From assembly GCA_963666485.2 (NCBI GenBank), contig CAXXUO010000001.1:1120001-1184000 (forward strand): a stretch of 64,000 nucleotides of DNA. Direction: 5' to 3'. This document shows, one piece after another, positions 20,338-29,711 of the stretch. The notes beneath the pieces were generated by a model. That model saw nothing but the letters and a program-made list of their open reading frames with translations. It was not told where the DNA came from and searched no databases. The DNA is from Syntrophorhabdaceae bacterium (lineage in GTDB: Bacteria; Desulfobacterota; Syntrophorhabdia; Syntrophorhabdales; Syntrophorhabdaceae). Each line of letters begins with the position of its first letter. Position 1 is the stretch's first letter. Both the position numbers and the translations under genes were made by a program.

Positions 20338-21225
20338 TCAGTTCCGGTCATGCATGGACAACACTGTGAAGCGGTCCTTGATCTTCTTCTGGATCTCGTC
20401 GACCCCTGAATCCTCCGTTATCTCGAGGGTGTCGTATCTTTCCGTCCGGGGATCGAGCATGGTCATGACGACCCCTCCCTCCTGCGAAGGTATCAATTCG
20501 AAAAACACCTTGTTCCGGTAAACGAAAACGATCCCGTAATGGCAGGGTGTTATGACCCCGTCCTTGCAGGAATACGCCGAAAAGCTCAAGAGGTCGTTCA
20601 ATATTCCCCATAATTTGGGGGAATTGAGCCCGTCCAGGTGTTTCCCGACCGTCGGGTGATGCAGGCACGGCGCAAGCGTCTGCTCGATCGAAGGGGCTTT
20701 ATCCCTTTTCGGGTCAAGAAGCCTCTCTTCGAGGTGATAGCTCAGGTCGACGATCTCCGGGTATGTGAAGGATTGCCGGGACCAGAGCCTGTCGAAGATG
20801 TCTCCGGCATCGGTCCACCCAAGGTTTCTTTCAAGGTCGATAAACAGGTTCTTCCTGAGCCTCATGTCGAAAAAGCTCTCTATGCCGAGGCGCTCCATCC
20901 TGCTGTCGACATAGAGGCTCCAGATCTGGTTATAGCGGTCCCTGATGGCAGGCTCTTTCTCCTCGTCGGGGGTGATGCCCGGATCATACAGGAATGCAGG
21001 GTCAAGGACATCGGCGATATAGAGAAAGATCCGGTAAATACGGCCGTAGAGGTGGGAATTGTCGGCCCAGAGAAACGTCTTTACATCGAGAGACCCTTTT
21101 TTACGCTTGATCAGGGCTTTTTCGAGCCAGGGCGAGTTCGTGTCCTCTATGACGACATTGTTGATGTTTTTCGATATTCCGAGATTGTCTATGACTAATT
21201 GTACAACGGCTTTCCGCGTTTGCAC
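20338..21225 (-). CDS. Hypothetical protein (295 aa)
   Basis: Long ORF with protein-like composition, abutting the upstream gene. No motif recognised. Confidence 0.7.
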   Translation of the reverse strand: MQTRKAVVQLVIDNLGISKNINNVVIEDTNSPWLEKALIKRKKGSLDVKTFLWADNSHLYGRIYRIFLYIADVLDPAFLYDPGITPDEEKEPAIRDRYNQIWSLYVDSRMERLGIESFFDMRLRKNLFIDLERNLGWTDAGDIFDRLWSRQSFTYPEIVDLSYHLEERLLDPKRDKAPSIEQTLAPCLHHPTVGKHLDGLNSPKLWGILNDLLSFSAYSCKDGVITPCHYGIVFVYRNKVFFELIPSQEGGVVMTMLDPRTERYDTLEITEDSGVDEIQKKIKDRFTVLSMHDRN

Positions 21226-21804
21226 TTAGAATTCGCCTTCAAGGCTGTACAGCCCGAGAAGGAAGGTCTTGGCTTTCATCCATTTTGAATTCTCGCTTGC
21301 CGAAAAGGGAACGGCCTGGAGGTATTCGCTCAAATACTTGCGCGCCCGCTCTGATTCATGGCGTTTGGCATAGATGTACCCGAGGTAGTAGAGGCTTGTC
21401 TCGTACGCCGCCGTATAGCGCGGGATGAGATCGGTCAGGCTCTTCAGCTTGAGGTACAGCTGCTCCTTGTCCTTGGTGGCGATGGAGGGATCGTTGACGG
21501 CCTTTTCATACTGGCCCTTGATAAATTTTACGGTCGTGAGGACCTCTTTCGTGTATTCGTGTATCTTGAGCTCTATCCTGAGCGATTCGTTCAGGTCGTT
21601 CTTCTTGAGGAGTTCATCCACCTTTTTCTGGCTTGCCTGCAGGTTGGCGTCGTTGATCACGCCCGACTCTTTTTGCGGAACGGGTTTCGGTTCCTTTTTG
21701 GGTGCGGCATGAGCCGAAAGGCCGAGAACGAGAGGTAAAACGATACCGACAACGAAAAACAGAAAGCATGATGTCCTGCCGAAGGTCCCTGCGACATATT
21801 TCAT
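21226..21804 (-). CDS. Exported hypothetical protein with a C-terminal TPR-like helix pair
   Basis: Hydrophobic N-terminus ending AHA; SLYYLGYIYAK and ARKYLSEYL resemble a TPR. Start trimmed to ATG 21804 because the longer ORF overlaps the tRNA. Confidence 0.7.
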   Translation of the reverse strand: MKYVAGTFGRTSCFLFFVVGIVLPLVLGLSAHAAPKKEPKPVPQKESGVINDANLQASQKKVDELLKKNDLNESLRIELKIHEYTKEVLTTVKFIKGQYEKAVNDPSIATKDKEQLYLKLKSLTDLIPRYTAAYETSLYYLGYIYAKRHESERARKYLSEYLQAVPFSASENSKWMKAKTFLLGLYSLEGEF

Positions 21805-21834
21805 ACGATATGTTCCCCCGATGTGAAAGAAAAA

Positions 21835-21908
21835 TGGCGGTGCAGAGATTTGAACTCCGGACACTGCGGATATGAGCCGCATGCTCTGACCACCTGAGCT
21901 ACACCGCC
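21835..21908 (-). tRNA. tRNA-Met (CAT), elongator type, CCA not encoded
   Basis: GGCGGTGTAGCTCAGGTGGTCAGAGCATGCGGCTCATATCCGCAGTGTCCGGAGTTCAAATCTCTGCACCGCCA folds as a cloverleaf with a paired G1-C72 and anticodon CAT. Confidence 0.9.
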
Positions 21909-22131
21909 TTGCCATTTGATATAAGCTATAAGGGCACGGAATGTCAATATTAAATAGGCTGACGGCGTACGGCTGACGGCTGACGGCTAAGGGTTGATGG
22001 CATAATAAACTACCACCACCCCCCCGTCATTGAGATGGCAGGACCCGCGGTTCTGTTTTTCACATCCTGCAATGATCCGATTCTTCACCCTGCAACGATC
22101 TGATATTCGTCATCCTCAATTATATAATATT

Positions 22132-22160
22132 CGTCATCCCGGCTCAAGGCCGGGATGACG
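22132..22160. repeat. CGTC-type REP-like palindrome
   Basis: CGTCATCCCGGC-TCAAG-GCCGGGATGACG perfect 12-bp stem, with related copies at 35311 and 35408. Confidence 0.7.
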
Positions 22161-22192
22161 CGGTATGGTGGTCGTTTTGCCGTTAGCCGGTC

Positions 22193-22801
22193 TTATTTTA
22201 TTCCGATCAATTTATGGAGTTGGACCCCGAGGCGCCAGCGGGGATGCGCGAGGCAATACGCAACGGCTCGCCGGAGATTTTCCAGCCCGTCTGCATCGTC
22301 AACAGGTTGGATGATGAAATGCGTAAAATCAAGAGATTCAAATGATGCGGGATCGATACCCCTCTGGGGATAGAGGAGCTTGAGTTCATGGCCGGCCGTG
22401 ACGACAAGGCTGCTTCCCGCTTTCGGGCTGACGGTTATCCAGTCGATGCCGGGAGGTATCGGGAGGGTCCCGTTGGTCTCGACCGCGATCTCCCAGCCGT
22501 CGCCGTGGAGTTCCCGGATGAGGGCGGCATCTAACTGGAGTGCCGGCTCGCCCCCGGTCAGGACGGCGAACCGGGGCCCGTCGCCGTGTTCAAATGAAGA
22601 AAGGCAGGCCCTCATGGCGGCGATGATATCGGAAGGCCGGTCGTATACACCCCCGCCCGGACCGTCGGTGCCCGAAAAATCCGTGTCGCAGAAGGGACAC
22701 GCGAGGTTGCACCCCGAGAATCGTACGAAAACGGCGGGCCGCCCGGTATGTATGCCTTCGCCCTGGAGTGAATAGAATATCTCTTTTACGCGGTATGGCA
22801 T
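22193..22801 (-). CDS. queE: 7-carboxy-7-deazaguanine synthase (radical SAM)
   Basis: EIFYSLQGEG, VRFSGCNLACPFCDT, LTGGEP, VETNG, VSPK, QLHK; adjacent to queC. Confidence 0.9.
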   Translation of the reverse strand: MPYRVKEIFYSLQGEGIHTGRPAVFVRFSGCNLACPFCDTDFSGTDGPGGGVYDRPSDIIAAMRACLSSFEHGDGPRFAVLTGGEPALQLDAALIRELHGDGWEIAVETNGTLPIPPGIDWITVSPKAGSSLVVTAGHELKLLYPQRGIDPASFESLDFTHFIIQPVDDADGLENLRRAVAYCLAHPRWRLGVQLHKLIGIK

Positions 22802-22814
22802 CTATGACATCTCG

Positions 22815-23507
22815 CTATGCATAGTCAACGGGATCTTTGAGTCCCGCCTCACGAAACCCCTCGAGGCGGAGGACGCAGGCCTCGCATGACCCGCACGCCT
22901 TTCCGTCTTCCGCGGGATCGTAGCACGTCGTTGTCAGGGAGTAATCGACCCCGAGCGAGATGCCTGTCCGGATGATCTGCGCCTTTGTCATGGCAATGAG
23001 CGGCGCATGGATGGTGAACGACCGTCCTTCGACGCCGGCTTTTGTGGCGAGGTTGGCCAGGCGCTCAAAAGCGGCTATAAATTCCGGCCTGCAGTCGGGA
23101 TAGCCGCTGTAGTCTACGGCATTGACGCCGATGAAAATGTCCCGGGCATCGACAGATTCGGCAAAGGCGAGGGCGAACGACAGGAATATCGTGTTCCTCG
23201 CGGGCACGTATGTGACGGGAATTTCGTTCGATATGTCGGATGCACTTTTTCCTTTGGGAACATCGATGTTGTCGGTGAGCGCAGAGTGGCCGAAGCCGGC
23301 GAGGTCAATGTCGAGGGTGACGTGCCTCGTGATGCCGATCGAACGGGCGATCTTTGCCGCTGCCTCGACCTCCCTCATATGCCTCTGGCCGTAGCGGAAG
23401 CTGAGCGTGTACAACCCGTACCCTTCGCTTCGCGCAATGGCCAGCGTTGTCGAGGAATCGAGGCCGCCGCTCAAAAGCACGACCGCCTTCTTCGGTGCTG
23501 TGTTCAT
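22815..23507 (-). CDS. queC: 7-cyano-7-deazaguanine synthase
   Basis: SGGLDS, YGQRH, TYVPARN, GYPDCR, C-terminal CY/CGSCEAC zinc motif. Confidence 0.95.
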   Translation of the reverse strand: MNTAPKKAVVLLSGGLDSSTTLAIARSEGYGLYTLSFRYGQRHMREVEAAAKIARSIGITRHVTLDIDLAGFGHSALTDNIDVPKGKSASDISNEIPVTYVPARNTIFLSFALAFAESVDARDIFIGVNAVDYSGYPDCRPEFIAAFERLANLATKAGVEGRSFTIHAPLIAMTKAQIIRTGISLGVDYSLTTTCYDPAEDGKACGSCEACVLRLEGFREAGLKDPVDYA

Positions 23508-23516
23508 GCAGGCCCC

Positions 23517-23729
23517 TTATTTCCTGAATATCGAAAAAAGGATCGATAACAGGATACTGATAATGATGCTCGTGGCGAGGGGAAAATAGAACGTGAAATT
23601 GTCCTTCTTTATCGAGATATCGCCGGGAAGCCGCCCAAGCCAGGGGATCCGGGGCCCGTAGAGGAAGACGAGCCCGAGGATAACGAGGACAAAGCCGGTC
23701 AGAATGAGCATTTTGCCGAAAGAGGGCAT
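23517..23729 (-). CDS. Small membrane protein (DUF2905-like)
   Basis: Two hydrophobic helices around LGRLPGDI and FYFPLATSII. ATG 23729 overlaps the queH stop. Confidence 0.8.
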   Translation of the reverse strand: MPSFGKMLILTGFVLVILGLVFLYGPRIPWLGRLPGDISIKKDNFTFYFPLATSIIISILLSILFSIFRK

Positions 23730-24274
23730 TATTTCCTTTCGTAGCGCTCTTTCTCGCTGAATATGCACCCGCAATACTGCTGGCGGTACATGTTGAGCTT
23801 TCTCGATCCCTCGATCCCTTCCTGCCACCCCTTCCTGAGATCACGGTAGACAAAGGCAGTGCCGTAGGCGCCTGCCAGTTCGTCGCCGATCGCCCGTATG
23901 TCGTCATGGCGCTGGTACTTGCTGTAAAGAAGGGTTGTCGAGACCCCGTCGAATTTTTCCCGGACGGCCTTCTGAAAGGTCTTTTCGAGGCGCAACCGGT
24001 AGCAGAAAAGGCACCGGTCCCTGCCGAGCGGAAGTACGCCGCGGCAGAAATCCTCGAGATCGTACGACGCATCCACACTAAGGGGAAGCATGACGACCTT
24101 TGCGTATTCGTTCAGCGTCTCGAGCCTTTTCGAAAATTCGGTGTACGGATGGATGTTGGGGTTATAAAAATACCCGGTGAGCTGGGCACCCTCGCCGCGA
24201 AATTCCCTGATAGTGTACACGCTGCACGGAGCGCAGCATATATGGAGCAAGACCCGCTTATCCCGAATGTCCAT
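23729..24274 (-). CDS. queH: Epoxyqueuosine reductase QueH
   Basis: LLHICCAPCS, FYNPNIHP, RCLFCY, YRQQYCGC; in a que cluster. Confidence 0.9.
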   Translation of the reverse strand: MDIRDKRVLLHICCAPCSVYTIREFRGEGAQLTGYFYNPNIHPYTEFSKRLETLNEYAKVVMLPLSVDASYDLEDFCRGVLPLGRDRCLFCYRLRLEKTFQKAVREKFDGVSTTLLYSKYQRHDDIRAIGDELAGAYGTAFVYRDLRKGWQEGIEGSRKLNMYRQQYCGCIFSEKERYERK

Positions 24275-24445
24275 AGTTTTACCCCGCCTGCCCGTATTTA
24301 CTCATACATTAACACCTTTGGCCCTTATTTTCCAAGCCTTTGGTCGTGTGCGCGGGGCCTTTAAGGGTATTGCAGTCGTTCCCGGATATCTGATATCGTC
24401 AGAGAAGCCTGTTAATGCATTATAATGAGTCAGGAGGCAGCAAAG

Positions 24446-24793
24446 ATGATCAAATATATCCTTTATATACTGCGCTGGACCGTGCTGGCGATACCGGGCG
24501 CGCTCTTTTTCAACAAGGTCAAGGAGATATTCGGGATCGAGAACGTCTACCTTGCCATGATCATCAGCCAGGCCATGATGGGCGCGATGGTCTATTTCGT
24601 GGACAAGCTCATTTTCACATCAGGGGCCGTGCCGATCCCCTGGGAGATAAAACCACGCGGGACATGCGCCGACTGCGGACATGTGGGGAAATGCTACCGT
24701 ATGCCGGGCGAAAAATGCTGCGAATTGAAAGACAACGGCGAGAATTCATTTCGGTGCGAGAAGTGCGCGCTCAAAAAGCTCAAGTCCGCTTGA
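24446..24793 (+). CDS. Small membrane protein with a Cys-rich C-terminus
   Basis: RBS AGGAGG before ATG 24446, two hydrophobic segments, then CADC, CY, CC, CEKC. Confidence 0.65.
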   Translation: MIKYILYILRWTVLAIPGALFFNKVKEIFGIENVYLAMIISQAMMGAMVYFVDKLIFTSGAVPIPWEIKPRGTCADCGHVGKCYRMPGEKCCELKDNGENSFRCEKCALKKLKSA

Positions 24794-24860
24794 GCCGGTC
24801 AACATGCTATAGAGTCTTATCCTTATTTGATATATAATGAGCCCCGGAGCCATGTGAATC

Positions 24861-25649
24861 TTGGAAGAAACTAATTCCCCTAAAACTACAACGCTGGCAG
24901 GTTACACAGACGTCTTCCTGGTCTTCCTGGGCCAGGCGCTCATCGTTTTTGTTATCTCCGCCGAGAACGCCCCTGCGTTCCTGATAGCTCCCGCACTGGT
25001 CCTCAATGCGGTCGGTCTCGGGATGCGGGCAAAAAAGTGTGGGCTCGGCGTGATCCTCTGGGGATTGATCGGGTGTTTGTTCCCTGTTATCGTGCCTGTT
25101 GTCGCGATCCTTTTCATGGTTTTCCGGCACAGGAAGGGCCCCCGGGAGAAAAGGCCCCTCCCTCTGTGGGGACACATCATTATTGGAGCTGTCCTGTTCC
25201 TGGCCGGCGCCATACTGATGGACTCGTTCAGTTTTGCCTTTTTTTCCACGACCGCAGCGATCATCTGGGCGCTGACAGGAAGGCGCGGCCTGTATACGAA
25301 GAAACAACGGTTATTCCACGTGATGATCTACCTCGCGGCGTTTGCGATGGTCCTCGGGGCGAAGACCGCAAATAACCGTATGTCGGAAAGAAATGCGAGT
25401 ATCATAATCACCGCGTGCGACGAGTATTTTAAGAAGAACGGGACATATCCGGAGACCTTGAAAGACCTTGTCCCCGCATACCTGCCGAAGGTCCCGGCCG
25501 CGCGTTACACGTGGATATCCCCGGAATTCCGCTATCGGACGTTACGCATGGAGTCGGGAAAGAGCTATACTCTCACGTATGTCGTTGAAGCGCCGTTTGC
25601 CAGGCGGTCCTACAATTCGGAACAAAAGACATGGCGCAGCATTGACTGA
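24861..25649 (+). CDS. Hypothetical multi-pass membrane protein
   Basis: Several TM-like stretches; soluble tail YFKKNGTYPETLKDLVPAYL is reminiscent of pilin/GspG-like heads. Confidence 0.65.
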   Translation: MEETNSPKTTTLAGYTDVFLVFLGQALIVFVISAENAPAFLIAPALVLNAVGLGMRAKKCGLGVILWGLIGCLFPVIVPVVAILFMVFRHRKGPREKRPLPLWGHIIIGAVLFLAGAILMDSFSFAFFSTTAAIIWALTGRRGLYTKKQRLFHVMIYLAAFAMVLGAKTANNRMSERNASIIITACDEYFKKNGTYPETLKDLVPAYLPKVPAARYTWISPEFRYRTLRMESGKSYTLTYVVEAPFARRSYNSEQKTWRSID

Positions 25650-25841
25650 TAACAGGTCCGGTCACGTCGCGCCGGCCATCTTCGGGTCCTTGGATTGCCT
25701 GAATTACTTCGAGAGTTTCTTCCCGTACCATAATGATATAATTCTTTTCATGGGTCACAAAAACCAGTGAGCGGGAACTTTTCCGGTCCCTGTTTGTCAA
25801 AGACAGAGGGCCTGCGGAATAAAAGTGAAAGGAGATAAAAG

Positions 25842-27047
25842 ATGAACCGGCTGCATGTTGTATGTGCTGTAGTGATCATGACCTGTTTCATGGGTTTTTC
25901 TTGCCTGTCAGAAGCGGGTGTCACCGCGGCATCTCATAAGAGCGTCGCGCAGGGGAATACCGAACTCGCCGTTGATCTTTACCGGGAGCTCGGGCAAAGG
26001 CAGCAGGGGAACCTCTTCTTCTCGCCGTTCTCCATCTCCTCCGCGCTTGCAATGACATATGCCGGCGCCCGTGGGGAGACAGCGGCGCAAATGAAAGGGA
26101 CCCTTCATTTTGAACTCGAGCAGTCGGGGCTCAACTCCTCTTTCAGGGGCCTAACCCTGAAGCTTGGCGAGTCTGTCAAAATGTCGGACCAGAAGCTCAC
26201 TATCGCGAACGCGCTTGTCTTCACGGGAGGCAAGGTGAGCGATACCTACCTGAAGACCCTGAGGACGTATTACAACGCCGAGATCTTCGGGGGCGATCTC
26301 AGTGCGATCAATGCGTGGGTGAAGCGCAAGACCGAGGGCAAGATCCCGTCCATCCTCGACCAGCTTTCCCCCAACTCCATCTGCGTTATCCTGAACGCGA
26401 TATATTTCAAAGGTACGTGGGACGTGCAGTTCGACAAGGCCGGCACCCGGGACGATGTCTTTACCACGGCGGCAGGCCGGCAGGTGAAGGCCCCTCTTAT
26501 GCATCGCAAAGACAATTACAAGCTTCTCGATGAAGGGGGATTGCAGGTCATTTCATTACCCTATAAAGGAAAATCCCTTTCAATGGTCGTGGTCCTTCCG
26601 AAAGAGGCCCAGGGCCTCGCCGGTTTCGAGGACGCATTGAAAGCGGCCGACCTCAAGCAACTGCTCGCGAAGCTGGACAAGATCCCGGAACGCAAGGTAT
26701 CCGTCTATTTTCCGCGCTTCAAGATGGAATCGAAGTACGATCTGGGCGGACCGCTTCAGAAGATGGGGATGACGGACGCCTTTACGCCGCGTGCCGATTT
26801 CACGGGCATGGGTTGGCACCGGGGCGAACTCTTCATCGGTCAGGTAAAACACAGGGCATTTGTCGAGGTCAATGAGGAAGGAACGGAAGCCGCCGCCGCG
26901 ACGGCCGTTGAAATGGTGACAAAGTCGATGCCTCCCCGCGAGGAGGTATTTCGCGCCGACCATCCTTTCTTCTTTATGATCCGCGACAATGAAACGGGCA
27001 CCGTTCTTTTCATGGGAAAGCTCGCGGACCCGACATCGGAGAACTAA
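25842..27047 (+). CDS. Secreted serpin (serine protease inhibitor)
   Basis: NLFFSPFSI, NAIYFKGTW, hinge EEGTEAAAAT, FRADHPFFF, LFMG; signal peptide; RBS AGGAG. Confidence 0.95.
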   Translation: MNRLHVVCAVVIMTCFMGFSCLSEAGVTAASHKSVAQGNTELAVDLYRELGQRQQGNLFFSPFSISSALAMTYAGARGETAAQMKGTLHFELEQSGLNSSFRGLTLKLGESVKMSDQKLTIANALVFTGGKVSDTYLKTLRTYYNAEIFGGDLSAINAWVKRKTEGKIPSILDQLSPNSICVILNAIYFKGTWDVQFDKAGTRDDVFTTAAGRQVKAPLMHRKDNYKLLDEGGLQVISLPYKGKSLSMVVVLPKEAQGLAGFEDALKAADLKQLLAKLDKIPERKVSVYFPRFKMESKYDLGGPLQKMGMTDAFTPRADFTGMGWHRGELFIGQVKHRAFVEVNEEGTEAAAATAVEMVTKSMPPREEVFRADHPFFFMIRDNETGTVLFMGKLADPTSEN

Positions 27048-27074
27048 AGGTTACGGTTCACGTTTAAGTTTCAA

Positions 27075-27133
27075 GCAAAAACGACTGCCCGGGATCAATG
27101 TTTTCAGGCCTTACCCCGGGCAGTCGTTTTTGC
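27075..27133 (+). terminator. Long hairpin or terminator after the serpin gene
   Basis: GCAAAAACGACTGCCCGGG / CCCGGGCAGTCGTTTTTGC 19-bp perfect stem containing A and T tracts. Confidence 0.65.
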
Positions 27134-27226
27134 AACAGGGCCGGGATAATGTTGTTTACGCGAAGCCGGCCCGGTGTTATAAATAGAATTTGAATGTTTT
27201 ACATAATCAATGCATAGGAGGTTCTT

Positions 27227-27757
27227 ATGGTGGCTCGTAAACGCGTTTTCTTCCTGGTGCTCACAATGGTTTTTGGATTCGCACTCTTCGCAGGCTTTAC
27301 AATTCCTGCAGATGCCGGCACCAGGGCGAAGCAGGATCCGGTCGATCAGTACAAGGAAATGGCAAAGATCATGACACACAGTTTTGCGGTGGGGTTGGGG
27401 AGTGCCCTTGCGAATGTAAAGAATGAGCAGGACCGCATCAACCTTGTCCGGTCATTCATAGATCCTGTACGGTTTTTTCCGGATAATTCCGGCTATTTTT
27501 ACGTGTATGACATGAAATGCGTCAATATTGCCCATGCAATGCAGAAAGATCTGCAGGGCAAGAACCTGTTCGATTATAAGGATGCCAAAGGCAAACTGGT
27601 CATTCAGGCCCTCGCGGACGCAGCCAAAAAAGGCGGCGGGCTTGTCGATTTTTACTGGGTAAAACCCGGGACAAAGGAACAGATGCCGAAACTGGGATAC
27701 GTCGAACCGATCCCGGGGACGGATTATTTTATAGGTACCGGCGTGTACCTTCCATAA
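27227..27757 (+). CDS. Stand-alone secreted single-Cache domain protein
   Basis: Signal peptide, GYFYVYD, GKNLFDYKDAKGK, GGGLVDFYWVKPG, KLGYV, IGTGVY. Confidence 0.85.
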   Translation: MVARKRVFFLVLTMVFGFALFAGFTIPADAGTRAKQDPVDQYKEMAKIMTHSFAVGLGSALANVKNEQDRINLVRSFIDPVRFFPDNSGYFYVYDMKCVNIAHAMQKDLQGKNLFDYKDAKGKLVIQALADAAKKGGGLVDFYWVKPGTKEQMPKLGYVEPIPGTDYFIGTGVYLP

Positions 27758-27902
27758 ATTACGAATAATTTCGCCGGCTGGTCGCCTTAACCCGCGACGA
27801 TCAGCCGGCACTTTCGGTCCGCCTCGCCCCCGCTTCCCCTTGTCTATTTGGAACTCACTGCTAAGATTACTATAGAGAATAACGTTTTCAGGGGAGGGGA
27901 CC

Positions 27903-28382
27903 ATGGACAACAGGAACGTACTCGTTGCATTTGACGGTTCAGAGAGCGCTTTTAAAGCGGTTGATTATGTCGGGGCCCAGTTTGAGGGGATTACCGATAT
28001 GACGATCACCCTGTTTTATGTCGTGCCCAGCGTTCCACCTCAATTCTGGGATGACGGACACATATTGTCGCCGCAGGAAAGGCAGGAGAGGCAGGGTGTC
28101 ATCGATAAGTGGTTCGAAAACCAGAAGAAGGTCATGGAGCCGCACTTCGAAAAAGCCGGCAAGGTGCTGATAGATACGTATCTTTTTGGCGCGAAGCAGG
28201 TTGAAGGGAAAATGCGCAGCGACGTCACGAGTGTGGCCGATGCGGTGGTCGAGGAGGCGAAGTCAGGTAAATACCGCACGCTTGTACTGGGGCGCCGCGG
28301 GGGGGTCCCGACAGTCGCCGGGAGCCTTACGGCGGCCATCCTCCACAAGGGTGCCGGACTCGCCGTGTGCGTCGTGGAGTAA
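27903..28382 (+). CDS. Universal stress protein
   Basis: VLVAFDGSESAFKAV, LVLGRRG, GSLTAAIL, VCVV. Confidence 0.85.
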   Translation: MDNRNVLVAFDGSESAFKAVDYVGAQFEGITDMTITLFYVVPSVPPQFWDDGHILSPQERQERQGVIDKWFENQKKVMEPHFEKAGKVLIDTYLFGAKQVEGKMRSDVTSVADAVVEEAKSGKYRTLVLGRRGGVPTVAGSLTAAILHKGAGLAVCVVE

Positions 28383-28419
28383 GGCGCCCTGTTTGCCGTT
28401 GACTTTCCTGCTCTCAACG

Positions 28420-29067
28420 ATGAAGAATATGTTGAGCACTATGGACGGCGCGGACGTACATGCACAAGTACCGCTTGATCATATTCCCCGGGGCCGCAGG
28501 ATAACCGGGACATTCGGGTTTCAGTGGGGCATATGGGGAATTTTCCTCATCATGGTCCTCATCCTGATGCTTGCCGGGTCGGGCAAGCGCCCGGCCCTTT
28601 TCGAGATAGAGATATATGTATCGTTGTTCGTTGCGGGCGGGGTATCGATCGCATGGGAAACGATGCGGCGCCGGCATCCGACGGTCCTTGTGCGGCAGGA
28701 TGGCATGATCGCGGTCTACCGGAAGCGTTACGGGGATGCTGTGGTCTCCCGGGACCGCGTGCGCTGTGAAAGGATCGATCTCATTATCATTGTGAAGGTC
28801 GGGGTGCCTCTTCTCATGTGCACTATCCTGTTTACGGCCATTGCCGTTGCGATCATGGGGGACGAAAAAAGGATAACCGCGGAAACGCTGATCCTGCTGT
28901 CGTTCGGTCTTGCCCTCGGCGCATCTCTCGTTTCCGCCGCGTGGACGACATTCTTCAGGAAACACCTGCGCGTGCCTGTGGAAGGTTCCCGGTGGATCGC
29001 CGAGCAGACGGTCCTTGTGACCCGGGAACAATGCAAGAGATTGTTCGCCGGGTCCGGGGAGGGTTGA
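28420..29067 (+). CDS. Hypothetical membrane protein
   Basis: Four TM-like segments. Start uncertain (ATG 28420, 28429 or 28441). Confidence 0.6.
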   Translation: MKNMLSTMDGADVHAQVPLDHIPRGRRITGTFGFQWGIWGIFLIMVLILMLAGSGKRPALFEIEIYVSLFVAGGVSIAWETMRRRHPTVLVRQDGMIAVYRKRYGDAVVSRDRVRCERIDLIIIVKVGVPLLMCTILFTAIAVAIMGDEKRITAETLILLSFGLALGASLVSAAWTTFFRKHLRVPVEGSRWIAEQTVLVTREQCKRLFAGSGEG

Positions 29068-29110
29068 CCGGCGCCCGAAAAAGAATTAACAACGGGACGG
29101 GGAGAGTACA

Positions 29111-29275
29111 ATGCAGAGAGAGAAAAAAAAGAGCGAAACTTTTTTCCGGGCGGTCCGTATTGCGAAGGCGGTAACGACACTGGCGGTCGTCGCCGTGCCG
29201 GTCGTGACGGCGGTAGGTATTATCGCGGGCTACGGGGCATATTCGCTTTTCAGGCGTATACGGCGATCACGCTAA
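29111..29275 (+). CDS. Small single-pass membrane protein (54 aa)
   Basis: Below the ORF-track cutoff. GGAG RBS, then MQREKKKSETFFRAVRIAKAVTTLAVVAVPVVTAVGIIAGYGAYSLFRRIRRSR. Confidence 0.55.
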   Translation: MQREKKKSETFFRAVRIAKAVTTLAVVAVPVVTAVGIIAGYGAYSLFRRIRRSR

Positions 29276-29393
29276 GGCAATTTAGCATATCCGGGCATGC
29301 GATGTGATCCGGAATAAAAGTTGGCGGGAAAGCTGAATCGGGGAATTAGGTTACAGGTAACAGGCTATGGGTTGCAGGGGCGCTTGTTGCCCG

Positions 29394-29546
29394 TCACTTT
29401 GACGTGTCCTGAAGGTCCTGTTTTTCCCCGGAAGATGGTTGATGCCCGACGTAAATGATCTGGTTGCAGCAGACCGCGATGAACCTGGTCCCGAACGGGA
29501 TGATACTTACTTCCTTGCCGCAGTGAGGACATCTCTTTTTTACCAT
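29394..29546 (-). CDS. Small CPxCG zinc-ribbon-like protein (50 aa)
   Basis: Below the ORF-track cutoff. GGGGGA RBS-like site, then MVKKRCPHCGKEVSIIPFGTRFIAVCCNQIIYVGHQPSSGEKQDLQDTSK. Confidence 0.5.
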   Translation of the reverse strand: MVKKRCPHCGKEVSIIPFGTRFIAVCCNQIIYVGHQPSSGEKQDLQDTSK

Positions 29547-29711
29547 GCCTGATCCCCCTAAGAACCCACTTGGATCGTACCATGAAAACGGCCCGGGCGT
29601 TCCACCTTTTTTTGGGGATAAAATATGGGTATTATAACCATATTATTGGAGGGACCGGGCCTCATTTGAAAAAACAGCTTTTTTGGTGTACATTTATGTC
29701 GTTTCCGGCCT

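Noticed and set aside
21835..21960. tRNA-Met as an integration site for an island
   Set aside because: No integrase and no duplicated tRNA 3' end were seen in the window.
22193..24274. queC/queE as a 7-deazaguanine DNA-modification (dpd) or QatC-type defence system
   Set aside because: They cluster with queH and look like ordinary tRNA queuosine genes. No dpdA or other defence genes are nearby.
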